In this document: positions 27,459 to 36,915 of the stretch, one piece after another
How positions within the stretch are numbered: position 1 is the first letter of the stretch
Layout: each line of letters opens with the position of its first letter
From: a virus
Taxonomy: Duplodnaviria > Caudoviricetes
Virus record (IMG/VR): IMGVR_UViG_3300033121_001033
Span: 8,462-72,461 of that record
Length of the DNA stretch: 64,000 nucleotides
Strand: one strand, 5' to 3'
Position numbers and translations under genes: made by a program
Notes under the pieces: generated by a model
The model's input: only the letters and a program-made list of their open reading frames with translations
What the model was told of the DNA's origin: nothing
The model's database searches: none

Positions 27459-30400
27459 GGTGCATCTCCTCCAGTTTGATCGTCATCAGGGAATATATAG
27501 TCACCCTTCATATTATAACCTACTTCATTAATAGGGCTAGAGTAATAATTATGATGTCCTCCTTTAATTATTGAAGTACCAGATGAAGGCTTGGCATTAA
27601 GAATTAACCAATAAACAGCGGCAGCAAGTGCGTCTGCGCTATCTTTTTTACCGGAAGGTGAATGTTCTACTTTTCCATCCGGGGTTAACTCTAGATCATA
27701 CAACTCTTTTTTAAGAACTTCATGTATTGGACATTCTAATCTATCTTCATAAATTAGTGACTTTAATGTTATATATGCATCTGGTTTTCTGACAACACTA
27801 AAATCTCGTTCTACTTTAAATCCAGCTTTAATTAGTTCTTGGGCATTAGGAGGACCGGACCATTGATCCAGGCTAACCGATTTAATCGGAATTCCGTCAT
27901 CACGTAATTTAGCAATTAATTCTCTAACTGCTCTATGATCTACTTCAGTTCCTTTACCAGCAGGTGGTACTATTTGTAATATAGCATCAACATGAATATA
28001 AGGTGCCTCTACTAAACTTTTAGCACCGTCTGTTCCACTATGTCGTATTACTTCTCCATCAGCTGCTCTATGCGCAATTACAAATCCTGTATCACACATA
28101 TTTTTACTTAAATCTAGCGCGACGTGACGATTAGCATTAGGACAACAAGTCATTATTAAATTTCCCTTTGCGTCCTTAGTTGAAATGTCATTCCATTTAA
28201 CATTTATTCTAGTACCTGTGGCCCAACTATCTCTATCGAACAAAGAAGGTTTATCTTTAAATACTCTATCAATCGCTAATCTATCTGATAAGAAAGCACT
28301 AGCAGAGTCAATTGAGACTCCTCCTATATCTCTTAAACTATTATGCACTATGACTCCATCACCTAAAGCAAAGTTATGATAGTTATCTACAGTAATATCG
28401 TAAACATCAGCTATTCCATTTGATTCAATTTTGAAAATTGAAGTTGGCTGATTAGTAACTAATCTTCTTCTGACTTTAAGTTTATCTATAGATTTAAGAT
28501 TTCTAGCCTCTTTGTATTCTCCACTTTCTAACATAAATAAATGATTTGGGGTACAATTATAAACGGCACCATTATCTAATGTTATTTTAATAATCTCGGC
28601 ATTTTTTTTAGTTAATCTAGCAGAATGGCCGTTGCCCTTTGTGAAATTTCCATTAGAATCACAAGAGTAGACAAAAAATTGATTTTTTCCCACTAGATCT
28701 TGAATATTAGAATATGAACCATCATACATTTGTATTTGCGTATCACCGGTAAAACAACCAACAGAGTCTTTTTCAAACTCGGGTAAGAACTCTTCTGGAA
28801 ATTTAATAACATTCCATCCGTCTGGTGCTTTTTCTTGATCGTTTTTAAGAATTAAAGGGCTGGATCCTTTATCGGAATATGCAATTCTATACCATTTTTG
28901 TTTTGAAAATCTAAAAGGTTTGGTATCCCATGTAGCATAATCACGTACGAATACTGAATCATCTTTTGCTTCAATTGATTCTCTTATTCTTCTTTCAGTA
29001 AAGTCATTACTATTCTTTTTAGAACTAACTAGAAATAACTTCCCACGTCCTTTAAAGGTACCTTTAATACGACGGGCCAACGAGTTATAAACCTGTTGGG
29101 CTTTATCATATCCGTCGCCAGATGCTGATTTTTCTGAGTTAACTTTTACTGATCCTAAAAAGTTTAATTCATCTCCGATTGCTGCGAAAACGTTAGTTCC
29201 CAGAAGATCTTTGTCAGAGCTAGCCGCTCCAATTACGTGAATACTTTTACCAGGGAATCTAATTTCATCTTTGGTTTCTTCATATCTTTCTTTAAAGAAA
29301 GGCGACTGCATTAACATATTTTTAAGTTTTGCAAATAATACTTTTTTGGCAGCTTCTTTAGTATGAGAAAACATTACTATTTCTACAGGTTCGCCAGCGC
29401 CTTGAGCGTTTGATCGTGAAGGGTCTGCTAAACAGTATAGTTCATATATAACTCTTAATATTCCTGCGCAGGCTGAGTACGATTTTCCGCTGCGTGTGCT
29501 GCCGCTATTTCTGCTAAATACTCCTGATCTAAGGACTTGCAACTTATTTTCCTCATAAAGTGGTATGCCAGGAGTGACGATAGCGAAGTTAGAAGTTTCA
29601 GGAACTGTTAGACAATAGACATCACCTTTACCTACTTTCTCAACTGAGACAACGTAATGATTATTATTATATTTGCTAACATCAGTCCAATGTAAATCTT
29701 GATGATCTTTCCAGGTGAGAAATTGAAGGTTTTCTGGTGTATTATTTTCTTTAAGAAAATTAACATGATGAATAATAGACGCAGATTTTTCTCTAACAGT
29801 ATTGATATGATTATGTGCAACCATTCTATGAGTAAATTCCCACCTACCTGTATTTGGTTGTTGAATCATTTCATAATCTGCAATTGAATCTCTAGATTTC
29901 TCAGATTTTCGAGTATTGAAAGGCATTAAACTATCACCTTTTTTCATATCGGAAACTCTGAGTCTTGAGCCATCACGCGCCATCATCTCATGTTTACTAT
30001 TCGCAATGAAATAGCTACCATTATCTAAAGTGACTTTATAATAATCATCTACACCTGTTGGTCTAGGAGCTACAGCTTGTGCAGGTATTATTTCTCCATC
30101 TCTCATACTGTAAACCCAGAATGGTTCTCTGTCTTTATTCCACTTCTCTGAAAGTTCTTTCAAAGTTGGGGTTGTTCCGTCCAATAAAGGAACTCTTGTG
30201 TCCGGGTGTAAACATAAAATTATCTCAGAGTAGTTATTATTAAAAATCTCAGCTAGATCTTTTTTAAACACAGGGTAAATATCTTTGGCAGTTTGTCCTA
30301 GAAAGTATTCTGAGTTTAGCCAATCCTCAATTGGGACTGGTGGACCTGTATTTGGATCCCATTGAACTGTATCTATATTTTCAAAAATTTGATTACTATT

Positions 30401-30532
30401 TGTTTTTAGTAATTCATTAAAAGCTTCTAATTCATGTGGCTTAAGATCTCTGACTAAATCGTTGAATCTTTTATGTTTTTCAATTTCATTTTTGTAACTA
30501 AACCAACGACCGTCACGCTTTTCAATAGGCAT
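27440..30532 (-). CDS. terL: Terminase large subunit with two inteins
   Basis: GSTRSGKS Walker A, IGDELNF Walker B, LFLVSS motif C; nuclease HVALDLS, VSLDQW, KDSADA. Confidence 0.88.
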   Translation of the reverse strand: MPIEKRDGRWFSYKNEIEKHKRFNDLVRDLKPHELEAFNELLKTNSNQIFENIDTVQWDPNTGPPVPIEDWLNSEYFLGQTAKDIYPVFKKDLAEIFNNNYSEIILCLHPDTRVPLLDGTTPTLKELSEKWNKDREPFWVYSMRDGEIIPAQAVAPRPTGVDDYYKVTLDNGSYFIANSKHEMMARDGSRLRVSDMKKGDSLMPFNTRKSEKSRDSIADYEMIQQPNTGRWEFTHRMVAHNHINTVREKSASIIHHVNFLKENNTPENLQFLTWKDHQDLHWTDVSKYNNNHYVVSVEKVGKGDVYCLTVPETSNFAIVTPGIPLYEENKLQVLRSGVFSRNSGSTRSGKSYSACAGILRVIYELYCLADPSRSNAQGAGEPVEIVMFSHTKEAAKKVLFAKLKNMLMQSPFFKERYEETKDEIRFPGKSIHVIGAASSDKDLLGTNVFAAIGDELNFLGSVKVNSEKSASGDGYDKAQQVYNSLARRIKGTFKGRGKLFLVSSKKNSNDFTERRIRESIEAKDDSVFVRDYATWDTKPFRFSKQKWYRIAYSDKGSSPLILKNDQEKAPDGWNVIKFPEEFLPEFEKDSVGCFTGDTQIQMYDGSYSNIQDLVGKNQFFVYSCDSNGNFTKGNGHSARLTKKNAEIIKITLDNGAVYNCTPNHLFMLESGEYKEARNLKSIDKLKVRRRLVTNQPTSIFKIESNGIADVYDITVDNYHNFALGDGVIVHNSLRDIGGVSIDSASAFLSDRLAIDRVFKDKPSLFDRDSWATGTRINVKWNDISTKDAKGNLIMTCCPNANRHVALDLSKNMCDTGFVIAHRAADGEVIRHSGTDGAKSLVEAPYIHVDAILQIVPPAGKGTEVDHRAVRELIAKLRDDGIPIKSVSLDQWSGPPNAQELIKAGFKVERDFSVVRKPDAYITLKSLIYEDRLECPIHEVLKKELYDLELTPDGKVEHSPSGKKDSADALAAAVYWLILNAKPSSGTSIIKGGHHNYYSSPINEVGYNMKGDYIFPDDDQTGGDAPLFIVL
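28340..28756 (-). mobile_element. Mini-intein (139 aa) in TerL
   Basis: CFTGDTQI...VYDITVDNYHNFALGDGVIVHN/S. Confidence 0.92.
29507..30214 (-). mobile_element. Intein (236 aa) with HNH endonuclease, immediately before TerL Walker A
   Basis: CLHPDTRV...THRMVA...IHHVNFLKENNTPENL...VYCLTVPETSNF...FSRN/S. Confidence 0.88.
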
Positions 30533-30630
30533 TTTTTCCTCAATTTAACTCATGATGCTATTGAGTTATGTACTTTTAGAGTATCAACTGCTATTAGCTC
30601 GCGCAATAGCAACGTAATAAGGAGAAATGA

Positions 30631-31677
30631 ATGAACGAGTTAAGTGATGCAGAAGAACTACTTAGAAAGGAAATAAGTAAATTAAAAGGACAGATAACAC
30701 GTCATAAAAGCGTTGAACAAATAATAAAAGCTGCTGTATTCGATGCGATGGGCGATAGAAAAAATATTGAAATACCTCAAACTCCAAGATTAGACCGAAG
30801 AGTAATGGATAGTGAAGTTGCTGTATTGCACTATTCTGATTCACAAATTGGTAAAACAACTGATTCATATAATACACAAATCGCTGCTGATCGTCTTAAC
30901 ACCTTAGTTGACAAGACTTTACAAATAACTAATGTTCGTCGTAATTCAGCTAAAATAGAAGAGATTCACCTTTATTTAGGTGGTGACATTGTTGAAGGTG
31001 ATCAAATTTTCGCAGGTCAGGCGCACGAGATTGATTCAAATGTATTCCAACAAGCTGTAACTAATGGTTCAGAGATGATTACAAGTGCTGTACTTAAGCT
31101 TCTTGAGAATTTTAGAAAAGTTAAGGTAGTTGGTGTGCCGGGAAATCATGGAAGAAATGGAAAATATGGTGGTGATTCACATGCCGATACAAATTGGGAC
31201 TCAGTTTGTTATTCTATAGTTCACAGAAATTTACTTGGTTCCACAACACATCCTCGTCGTGAATTTGCCGGGAGATTAGAATTTCCAGGAAAATTTGATT
31301 GGTTCTATATTGATCGAATTTATAATTGGGGTAATTTGATTGTTCACGGAGATCAAATAACTGGAGGAGGCGGTGGCTTTCCACTAGCCTCGATTAGAAA
31401 TCGGGCACTAGGCTGGATTGATAGCATGACAAGCCCCTGGGATTACTTATACTTAGGTCACTTTCATACTTATACAAGTTTTATGTTAAATCACAGATTC
31501 GTATTAGCTAATGGAACTACAGAAAGTGGAAATGATTTCGCTAAAAAGAATCTTGGAGCTACTGGTTGGCCGGTTCAACGCCTTGCTTTCTATAATGAGA
31601 AACACGGATTAATCTCAGATAATCCAGTCTACTTAGAGAATCGAACCTCAAATATGGATCGCGCTAAACAGTTTTAA
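30631..31677 (+). CDS. Calcineurin-like metallophosphoesterase
   Basis: SDSQIG, GGDIVEG, GNHG, VHGD, GHFH. Confidence 0.88.
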   Translation: MNELSDAEELLRKEISKLKGQITRHKSVEQIIKAAVFDAMGDRKNIEIPQTPRLDRRVMDSEVAVLHYSDSQIGKTTDSYNTQIAADRLNTLVDKTLQITNVRRNSAKIEEIHLYLGGDIVEGDQIFAGQAHEIDSNVFQQAVTNGSEMITSAVLKLLENFRKVKVVGVPGNHGRNGKYGGDSHADTNWDSVCYSIVHRNLLGSTTHPRREFAGRLEFPGKFDWFYIDRIYNWGNLIVHGDQITGGGGGFPLASIRNRALGWIDSMTSPWDYLYLGHFHTYTSFMLNHRFVLANGTTESGNDFAKKNLGATGWPVQRLAFYNEKHGLISDNPVYLENRTSNMDRAKQF

Positions 31678-32098
31678 TCTTGAGTCGATGTTGTAATTTA
31701 TTAATATAAGCTAGTAACAAACCAAGCTCGGCAGCACATCTATTTGGTTCTATATAGAGTGCGCCGGGCTTTTTTGTTTCTACTAACTTTTTATCAACCT
31801 CTAAAAGACCCCACTCATCTGGAAGTTCTTCTATAGGAATAATTCCTTTAGGTGCTAAATAATACCTAATTTGACCCATTCCGGCGTCTAGAGAACGGAA
31901 CCATTTATCTTTATCTTTTCTAAAATCTTGCCGCGACGCTTTGCATTCAATAAGTATAGATGTTCTGGCGCCTTTAAATCCGATTATATCAGGAATTTCT
32001 GTAGAAATAGAAGCGCCACGTTCACTAATTATAACGTGGCACTTTTGAACTTTTTTCAAATAACTTTTACCGATTTTTATTAGGTCTTTATGAGTCAT
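31664..32098 (-). CDS. MmcB-like PD-(D/E)XK nuclease
   Basis: EIPDIIG...IECKASRQDF..D..K...RYYLAP.G.I...ELP..WGLL. Confidence 0.7.
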   Translation of the reverse strand: MTHKDLIKIGKSYLKKVQKCHVIISERGASISTEIPDIIGFKGARTSILIECKASRQDFRKDKDKWFRSLDAGMGQIRYYLAPKGIIPIEELPDEWGLLEVDKKLVETKKPGALYIEPNRCAAELGLLLAYINKLQHRLKIKTV

Positions 32099-32324
32099 CC
32101 CTTTGTATATTTCTGACCTTGAGTCTTTCTAATGTGGCTAATAAGTTAGGATTAGTTGTATTAGAAAGTTTCTTAATTATATTCTCTCTTAATTTGCCAG
32201 ATCGGCCATTTCTTTCTGCATTGTTAAGATTCTCTTCTGCAATTTTAAATTCACCGCAGCGCCAGAATCCTTCGCTGTTATATATCCAACCGCACTCTTC
32301 TAATATTATTCGGATGCTATTCAT
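32088..32324 (-). CDS. Hypothetical protein
   Basis: ORF. Confidence 0.5.
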   Translation of the reverse strand: MNSIRIILEECGWIYNSEGFWRCGEFKIAEENLNNAERNGRSGKLRENIIKKLSNTTNPNLLATLERLKVRNIQRDDS

Positions 32325-32461
32325 TTTTTATCACGATTTATTTTTTTGGAGGCTTTAATATCTTTCTCAAGAGCCTTTGCTGAGTTAGTACATGCTTTGG
32401 CTGTTGAAACACATTTTTTATGAGCGGCATTGAGTGCGTTTTGTAATTCTTCTTGACTCAT
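32321..32461 (-). CDS. Small hypothetical protein, 46 aa (not in track)
   Basis: MSQEELQNALNAAHKKC...; GGAGG SD; ATGA overlap with the next gene. Confidence 0.55.
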   Translation of the reverse strand: MSQEELQNALNAAHKKCVSTAKACTNSAKALEKDIKASKKINRDKK

Positions 32462-32469
32462 AAGACCTC

Positions 32470-32751
32470 CTATTTATTGATGTCTTTACGTACTGCTTCT
32501 AAAGCTTTAGTCGATTCGCTAAGAGCTTCAGTTACACTTTCAACTAATTTAAGTTCACCTTTGTATACTTCTTCTAATTTTGCTCTAAAATCCTCTTCGA
32601 TCTGACGTAATTTTTCATCGCATCGTTTATCATCTTCTCTGTGTTGATCGATGACTTTTAAATGATGTTTTGCAAAGAGATATAATATAATTAATGACAA
32701 GGCCGGAATTCCACCGTGTAATACTAGTTGTAATAATTCAACTGATGGCAT
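32470..32751 (-). CDS. Single-TM plus coiled-coil membrane protein (holin-like)
   Basis: Start MPSVELL with GGAGG SD; N-terminal hydrophobic helix followed by a charged coil. Confidence 0.45.
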   Translation of the reverse strand: MPSVELLQLVLHGGIPALSLIILYLFAKHHLKVIDQHREDDKRCDEKLRQIEEDFRAKLEEVYKGELKLVESVTEALSESTKALEAVRKDINK

Positions 32752-32821
32752 GTATTCCTCCTTTAGTTCTATGTTATCATAGAAACCAAAGGAGGACAAG
32801 TAAAATAAGGTTATATTAGAA

Positions 32822-33265
32822 TTATCTGTTATCACCGTCACCGTGTAAAACGTTTCTAACTTGTCTTGATTTTAACTTTTCTACATTACTTTGAGCAACC
32901 TCCTCAAGTGTTAATCCTAGTGATCTGGCTTGCTGAGCAACGTACCAGAGAATATCTGCACATTCTGCCTTTAGCGCATCTTTTAATTCTTGATTTGGTT
33001 CTGGGAGAACATCACAAGGAATCTGGGCCTTTCTAACTTGTTTCTTTAGTACTTCTGCTTGTCTTCCTAAAGTCTCAATTTCAGTTGCTAACGTGTGATA
33101 TTTAGCTGCAATCTCACCTGTAAGATGATCTTTAGCAAAGGAGAATACCTTTGCTAAAAATTCTGAAGCTTCTCCTACTCCGCCAAGTGAGGTATAAACT
33201 AGTCCTGCGTGTTTTGGATATAATGCAACAGAATCTGTAAAATCTTGATATTCGTTTAAATTCAT
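32822..33265 (-). CDS. mazG: MazG-like NTP pyrophosphohydrolase
   Basis: MNLNEYQ, LGGVGEASE, ECADILWY, NVEKLKSRQ..NVLHGDGDNR. Confidence 0.88.
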   Translation of the reverse strand: MNLNEYQDFTDSVALYPKHAGLVYTSLGGVGEASEFLAKVFSFAKDHLTGEIAAKYHTLATEIETLGRQAEVLKKQVRKAQIPCDVLPEPNQELKDALKAECADILWYVAQQARSLGLTLEEVAQSNVEKLKSRQVRNVLHGDGDNR

Positions 33266-33492
33266 TCTGACTCTTCCTGTTCTTCCTGTTCTTCCTTTTT
33301 AATTGGGTTTGTTATACCCTTAAGTTCAATATTATATTCTTTAGCGGCAGCAATAATATTATCTATTGATTCTAATTTAAACTCTTCGGTAAGTCCGGGA
33401 TCATTAAAAACTTTATATATTAAATTAATAAGACCTTCACTAGACCAGAGTTCTTTACTTGTTCTGTCCGCCATTTTGTAAGGTTTTGCCAT
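33262..33492 (-). CDS. Hypothetical protein
   Basis: ORF. Confidence 0.5.
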   Translation of the reverse strand: MAKPYKMADRTSKELWSSEGLINLIYKVFNDPGLTEEFKLESIDNIIAAAKEYNIELKGITNPIKKEEQEEQEESE

Positions 33493-33994
33493 TTATTCTC
33501 CTGCGTTTAGTCCATTCATCATACTTTATACGATCAGAACGGGAAGCATGGTCAATAAAAAGCACACCTTTTAGATGATCAATCTCGTGCAAAAGTATTC
33601 TGGCAAAAATTCCTTCAAAAGTATCATGAAAGTGTCTTCCAGTTTCATCCTGCCATTTTAATTCTAAATTAGACTGACGTTTGATATCTAAAAATAATCC
33701 TGGTGCTGATATACAACCCTCAGATTCTTTAATTTTATTTCCATACTGTTTTACTATAATAGGATTAATAAAAAATACAGGTTTAACTTCTTCCAGAAGT
33801 TTATTGACTATGATTGCTAATGCATTAACATGCCAACCAGCCTGTGGAGCAGCTATTGCAACTCCATCATTTTTAGCAAGATTTGCCAATTCATTGAGTT
33901 TATTTAGTAACTCAACACTATTAAACTCTGTGGTTTGAATATCAATGTTTGGATTTCTAAGTGTGTTAGGTTCGTCAAATAGTTGAATTTTCAT
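33455..33994 (-). CDS. def: Peptide deformylase
   Basis: GVAIAAPQ, EGCIS, HEIDHL. Confidence 0.92.
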   Translation of the reverse strand: MKIQLFDEPNTLRNPNIDIQTTEFNSVELLNKLNELANLAKNDGVAIAAPQAGWHVNALAIIVNKLLEEVKPVFFINPIIVKQYGNKIKESEGCISAPGLFLDIKRQSNLELKWQDETGRHFHDTFEGIFARILLHEIDHLKGVLFIDHASRSDRIKYDEWTKRRRINGKTLQNGGQNK

Positions 33995-34547
33995 AACTAA
34001 TAAGCTCATTATAAAATAAATACTTTGTATTCGTTGTGTCTAATAAATGAAATTTAGCTGCCGCTATTTCTTCAGGTGTAATATCAAAATTAACACCCGG
34101 CCAACCATCATCATCAAATTCGGGATCGTAACTAAATAGTTCTTTAGATTCAAGTCTTAGAAGAACATGATCTGCGTGTTTTATAATCTTCTTATCTTCT
34201 TCAAATAAGATAGGAATATTAAATCGTTCAAAAATAACATCTTCTAATTTATTTTCCAATTCTTTAAATCCACTAAGTTGTGGTTTAACAGGGCTTGGAA
34301 CATCTGGTAAATAAGCTTCGGCAGCGTCATGCAAAAGAGCAGGTAAATATAGATCTGGTGCTACTAACCGAACAACAGAAGCAACCCGTAAAGAATGATG
34401 TGCTACACTGTAAAAAGTATTACAGTGACCCTGCCATCTTACTTTAAGACTTAAAGCATGGGCAATATCTATAGGATCTATGTCTTCAATTGTTGCATTA
34501 AATACGTCAATCTTTTTTCCCGAAAAAGTTCTAATATAACTACTCAT
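33975..34547 (-). CDS. HD-domain 5'-deoxynucleotidase (YfdR-like)
   Basis: DIAHALS...RWQGH..FYSVAHHS, LLHDAAEAY. Confidence 0.85.
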   Translation of the reverse strand: MSSYIRTFSGKKIDVFNATIEDIDPIDIAHALSLKVRWQGHCNTFYSVAHHSLRVASVVRLVAPDLYLPALLHDAAEAYLPDVPSPVKPQLSGFKELENKLEDVIFERFNIPILFEEDKKIIKHADHVLLRLESKELFSYDPEFDDDGWPGVNFDITPEEIAAAKFHLLDTTNTKYLFYNELISYENSTI

Positions 34548-34821
34548 TGTTCACATCATCTTCATCTTTGTCATCGTTTTGATTTGACAGATTATCAATC
34601 AATTTTTGTTCGTGATCTTCCAATCGAAGAACTCTTTCTGGTTTAATTCTATAGTAACTTCCATCTTTCAACTGAACTATTAAATACTGCGACCACATGC
34701 CACTTTTATGTTCGTTTGTATTGAACAGCAGAGAAATTTTTGTATCTTCTAACTCTGGAACATTTTTGATATAGAATTGTAATGATTGAATTAGGTGTCC
34801 GATAAATGTCTGTTTAGTCAC
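34540..34821 (-). CDS. Hypothetical protein
   Basis: ORF. Confidence 0.5.
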   Translation of the reverse strand: MTKQTFIGHLIQSLQFYIKNVPELEDTKISLLFNTNEHKSGMWSQYLIVQLKDGSYYRIKPERVLRLEDHEQKLIDNLSNQNDDKDEDDVNNE

Positions 34822-35284
34822 TTAAAGTTAATGACTCCTTCATAAATTTTATTAAGTCTTCTACCGTGTCACATTCGCCTTTTTGAGGGGCAAACTTTCT
34901 ACTGTTGAAAGACCACCTAATCGAACCTGTGGTTGCGTGTGTTAGCATCCCATTTTTAATAGATGACTTTTTATTATAATTTATTAGTATGATTGAAAAA
35001 ATATCTCCAGTTTCTAATGTAAAATATAATTGTATGGTACCATTTAAATTATAGCCGATTGTCGGTGCTGGAAGATAACTTAATTCTTTTTTTATTAAAT
35101 TTTTAACGTTTTCTGCCTCGATAATACCAGTAACTAACTGTTTAATGTCTCCTGGTAAAGATGCAAGTCTAACATATTTTTCTAAATTATCCGTATCTTT
35201 AAAAGATACTAAGAGGTCGTTAGGTGCATCTAGTCTTTTAGAGACTAAACAGTCAACATTTAGAGATTCTATTTCAGTTGTCAT
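34814..35284 (-). CDS. Hypothetical protein
   Basis: ORF. Confidence 0.55.
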   Translation of the reverse strand: MTTEIESLNVDCLVSKRLDAPNDLLVSFKDTDNLEKYVRLASLPGDIKQLVTGIIEAENVKNLIKKELSYLPAPTIGYNLNGTIQLYFTLETGDIFSIILINYNKKSSIKNGMLTHATTGSIRWSFNSRKFAPQKGECDTVEDLIKFMKESLTLSD

Positions 35285-35444
35285 AATTATCTTCTAGTTC
35301 GTCTGCATCACAAAAATCACAATTCCAGCAATTTCTTGGATACTTAAGTTTCTTTTTTGGTAATTTTCCATATAAATCTAATGCGCACTCACGACAGATT
35401 GGATCTCCATCATGTTTAGTATCTGTATAACACTTCTTATTCAT
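35274..35444 (-). CDS. Small Cys-rich protein, 56 aa (not in track)
   Basis: MNKKC...CREC...CWNCDFC; GGAG SD. Confidence 0.5.
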   Translation of the reverse strand: MNKKCYTDTKHDGDPICRECALDLYGKLPKKKLKYPRNCWNCDFCDADELEDNYDN

Positions 35445-35452
35445 TATTACTC

Positions 35453-36253
35453 CTATGGAATAAAAGGACTATTAGTAAATCTTTCGATATCATAGGATAT
35501 TTTTAATCCTGTGCCAGTCCAAAAATCTGCAAATTTGTGTCTAAAATTATTAAACGGTTGACCAGCATTTTTAAGTGTACAACTCGATAGATTTTGGTGT
35601 TCTCGTAGCAAGGGAATTATAGTCGAATAAAAAGAAGTATTACCCGAAGACTCGCAAGGAGTAGTAGCGAAACCATCCGGGGCATTAGTTATAATAGTTC
35701 CTTTAAATTCTTTAGGTATCACAGCTAAAGCAGATCCTGCTTGGCAACATCCTATTAGTACACAAGTTTCGTTAGTGTTTAATAGTGATATTAATTCAAG
35801 TACTTCTTTATATTTAATCTTAGTGCCAGAAAGGCAGGTACTATTATTAAATAGGTATCTAAAAGGAATGAATGCTTTTGATTCTCCTTCCCCGATAAAG
35901 CATATTAGTAATCTATTAATTTTTGGTTTATGCGATATTTGCGTTAATGTTTTAATTAATTCATCATTAGATGAAACTTGAAAAATATTATAATTATTTA
36001 GACATTCTTTAATATCCTCCACATCTTTGTCTAAATATTGATCAACAATATATGTATCTTCTGGAGGATATGTAACATCTGAATAAGCGTATGATTTATT
36101 ATCTAATCCCTTAAATGTAATTGTTTTAACAATAATAAGAACGTCTTCAGAATTATAATTCTGAGAGTCTATGTAATGAAATGTTTGAAATTTCATTTCT
36201 TCATTAATGGCGCAACCTGTTAATAACATTAATAATAGAATTATTTTATACAT
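35453..36253 (-). CDS. Lipoprotein with a caspase/legumain-like (clan CD) fold, catalytic His apparently replaced
   Basis: Lipobox LLTGC; LLICFIGEG (cf. GHG) and VLIGCCQAGS (cf. D/E-x-C-x-S-G). Confidence 0.45.
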   Translation of the reverse strand: MYKIILLLMLLTGCAINEEMKFQTFHYIDSQNYNSEDVLIIVKTITFKGLDNKSYAYSDVTYPPEDTYIVDQYLDKDVEDIKECLNNYNIFQVSSNDELIKTLTQISHKPKINRLLICFIGEGESKAFIPFRYLFNNSTCLSGTKIKYKEVLELISLLNTNETCVLIGCCQAGSALAVIPKEFKGTIITNAPDGFATTPCESSGNTSFYSTIIPLLREHQNLSSCTLKNAGQPFNNFRHKFADFWTGTGLKISYDIERFTNSPFIP

Positions 36254-36350
36254 TTAACAAATTCCTTTAATTTTAGTACAGAAAATATAACTGAAGAGTA
36301 TTCAAAATTAATTCTTTATATTAACTATTTACCATATTTGATATATTTGA

Positions 36351-36677
36351 TTATGCACCGCTCGATATAAGATCTATAATTATTTTTTCAATAGTATTAA
36401 ATAAATTAGGATCAGAAAATGATAATTTTGTACTAATTTTATTTGTATATTCTATATTTTTTGTATAAATAGTTACATAATTAGATTCTATAGAATAAAA
36501 ATCAAATTCAATTGCGCGATCATTATAATTGAACCCCGATATTTTATTTTTATGAATAAAATAGAAAAAAGGAGTCGTATCAGTGGGTCCACGGAAAAAC
36601 TCGTGGAATGAATAATTATCATCAAAATACTTTTTACAAATATCTTTACATTTATTAATAACTATGTCTCTAAGCAT
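36351..36677 (-). CDS. DP-motif family small protein
   Basis: C-terminal SFSDPNLFNTIEKII. Confidence 0.6.
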   Translation of the reverse strand: MLRDIVINKCKDICKKYFDDNYSFHEFFRGPTDTTPFFYFIHKNKISGFNYNDRAIEFDFYSIESNYVTIYTKNIEYTNKISTKLSFSDPNLFNTIEKIIIDLISSGA

Positions 36678-36915
36678 TTAAACACTTTTTAATATGATTT
36701 TCCATTATTTCAAAAAAATTAGGATCTGATAAACAAACTTTTACAAGACATCTATGATTATCATATAATATAACTAAATCCTTTTCGGTATTAAAATCCA
36801 TTTCTAACAGAGAATTATATTCGTATATAAATTCTCCATGCTCATAGAACCTGATATTTTGTTTATATTTACTAACAATAAATTTAAACTTATCAAAAAC
36901 CAAACGTCGGATCAT
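36670..36915 (-). CDS. DP-motif family small protein
   Basis: CLSDPNFFEIMENHI. Confidence 0.6.
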   Translation of the reverse strand: MIRRLVFDKFKFIVSKYKQNIRFYEHGEFIYEYNSLLEMDFNTEKDLVILYDNHRCLVKVCLSDPNFFEIMENHIKKCLNA

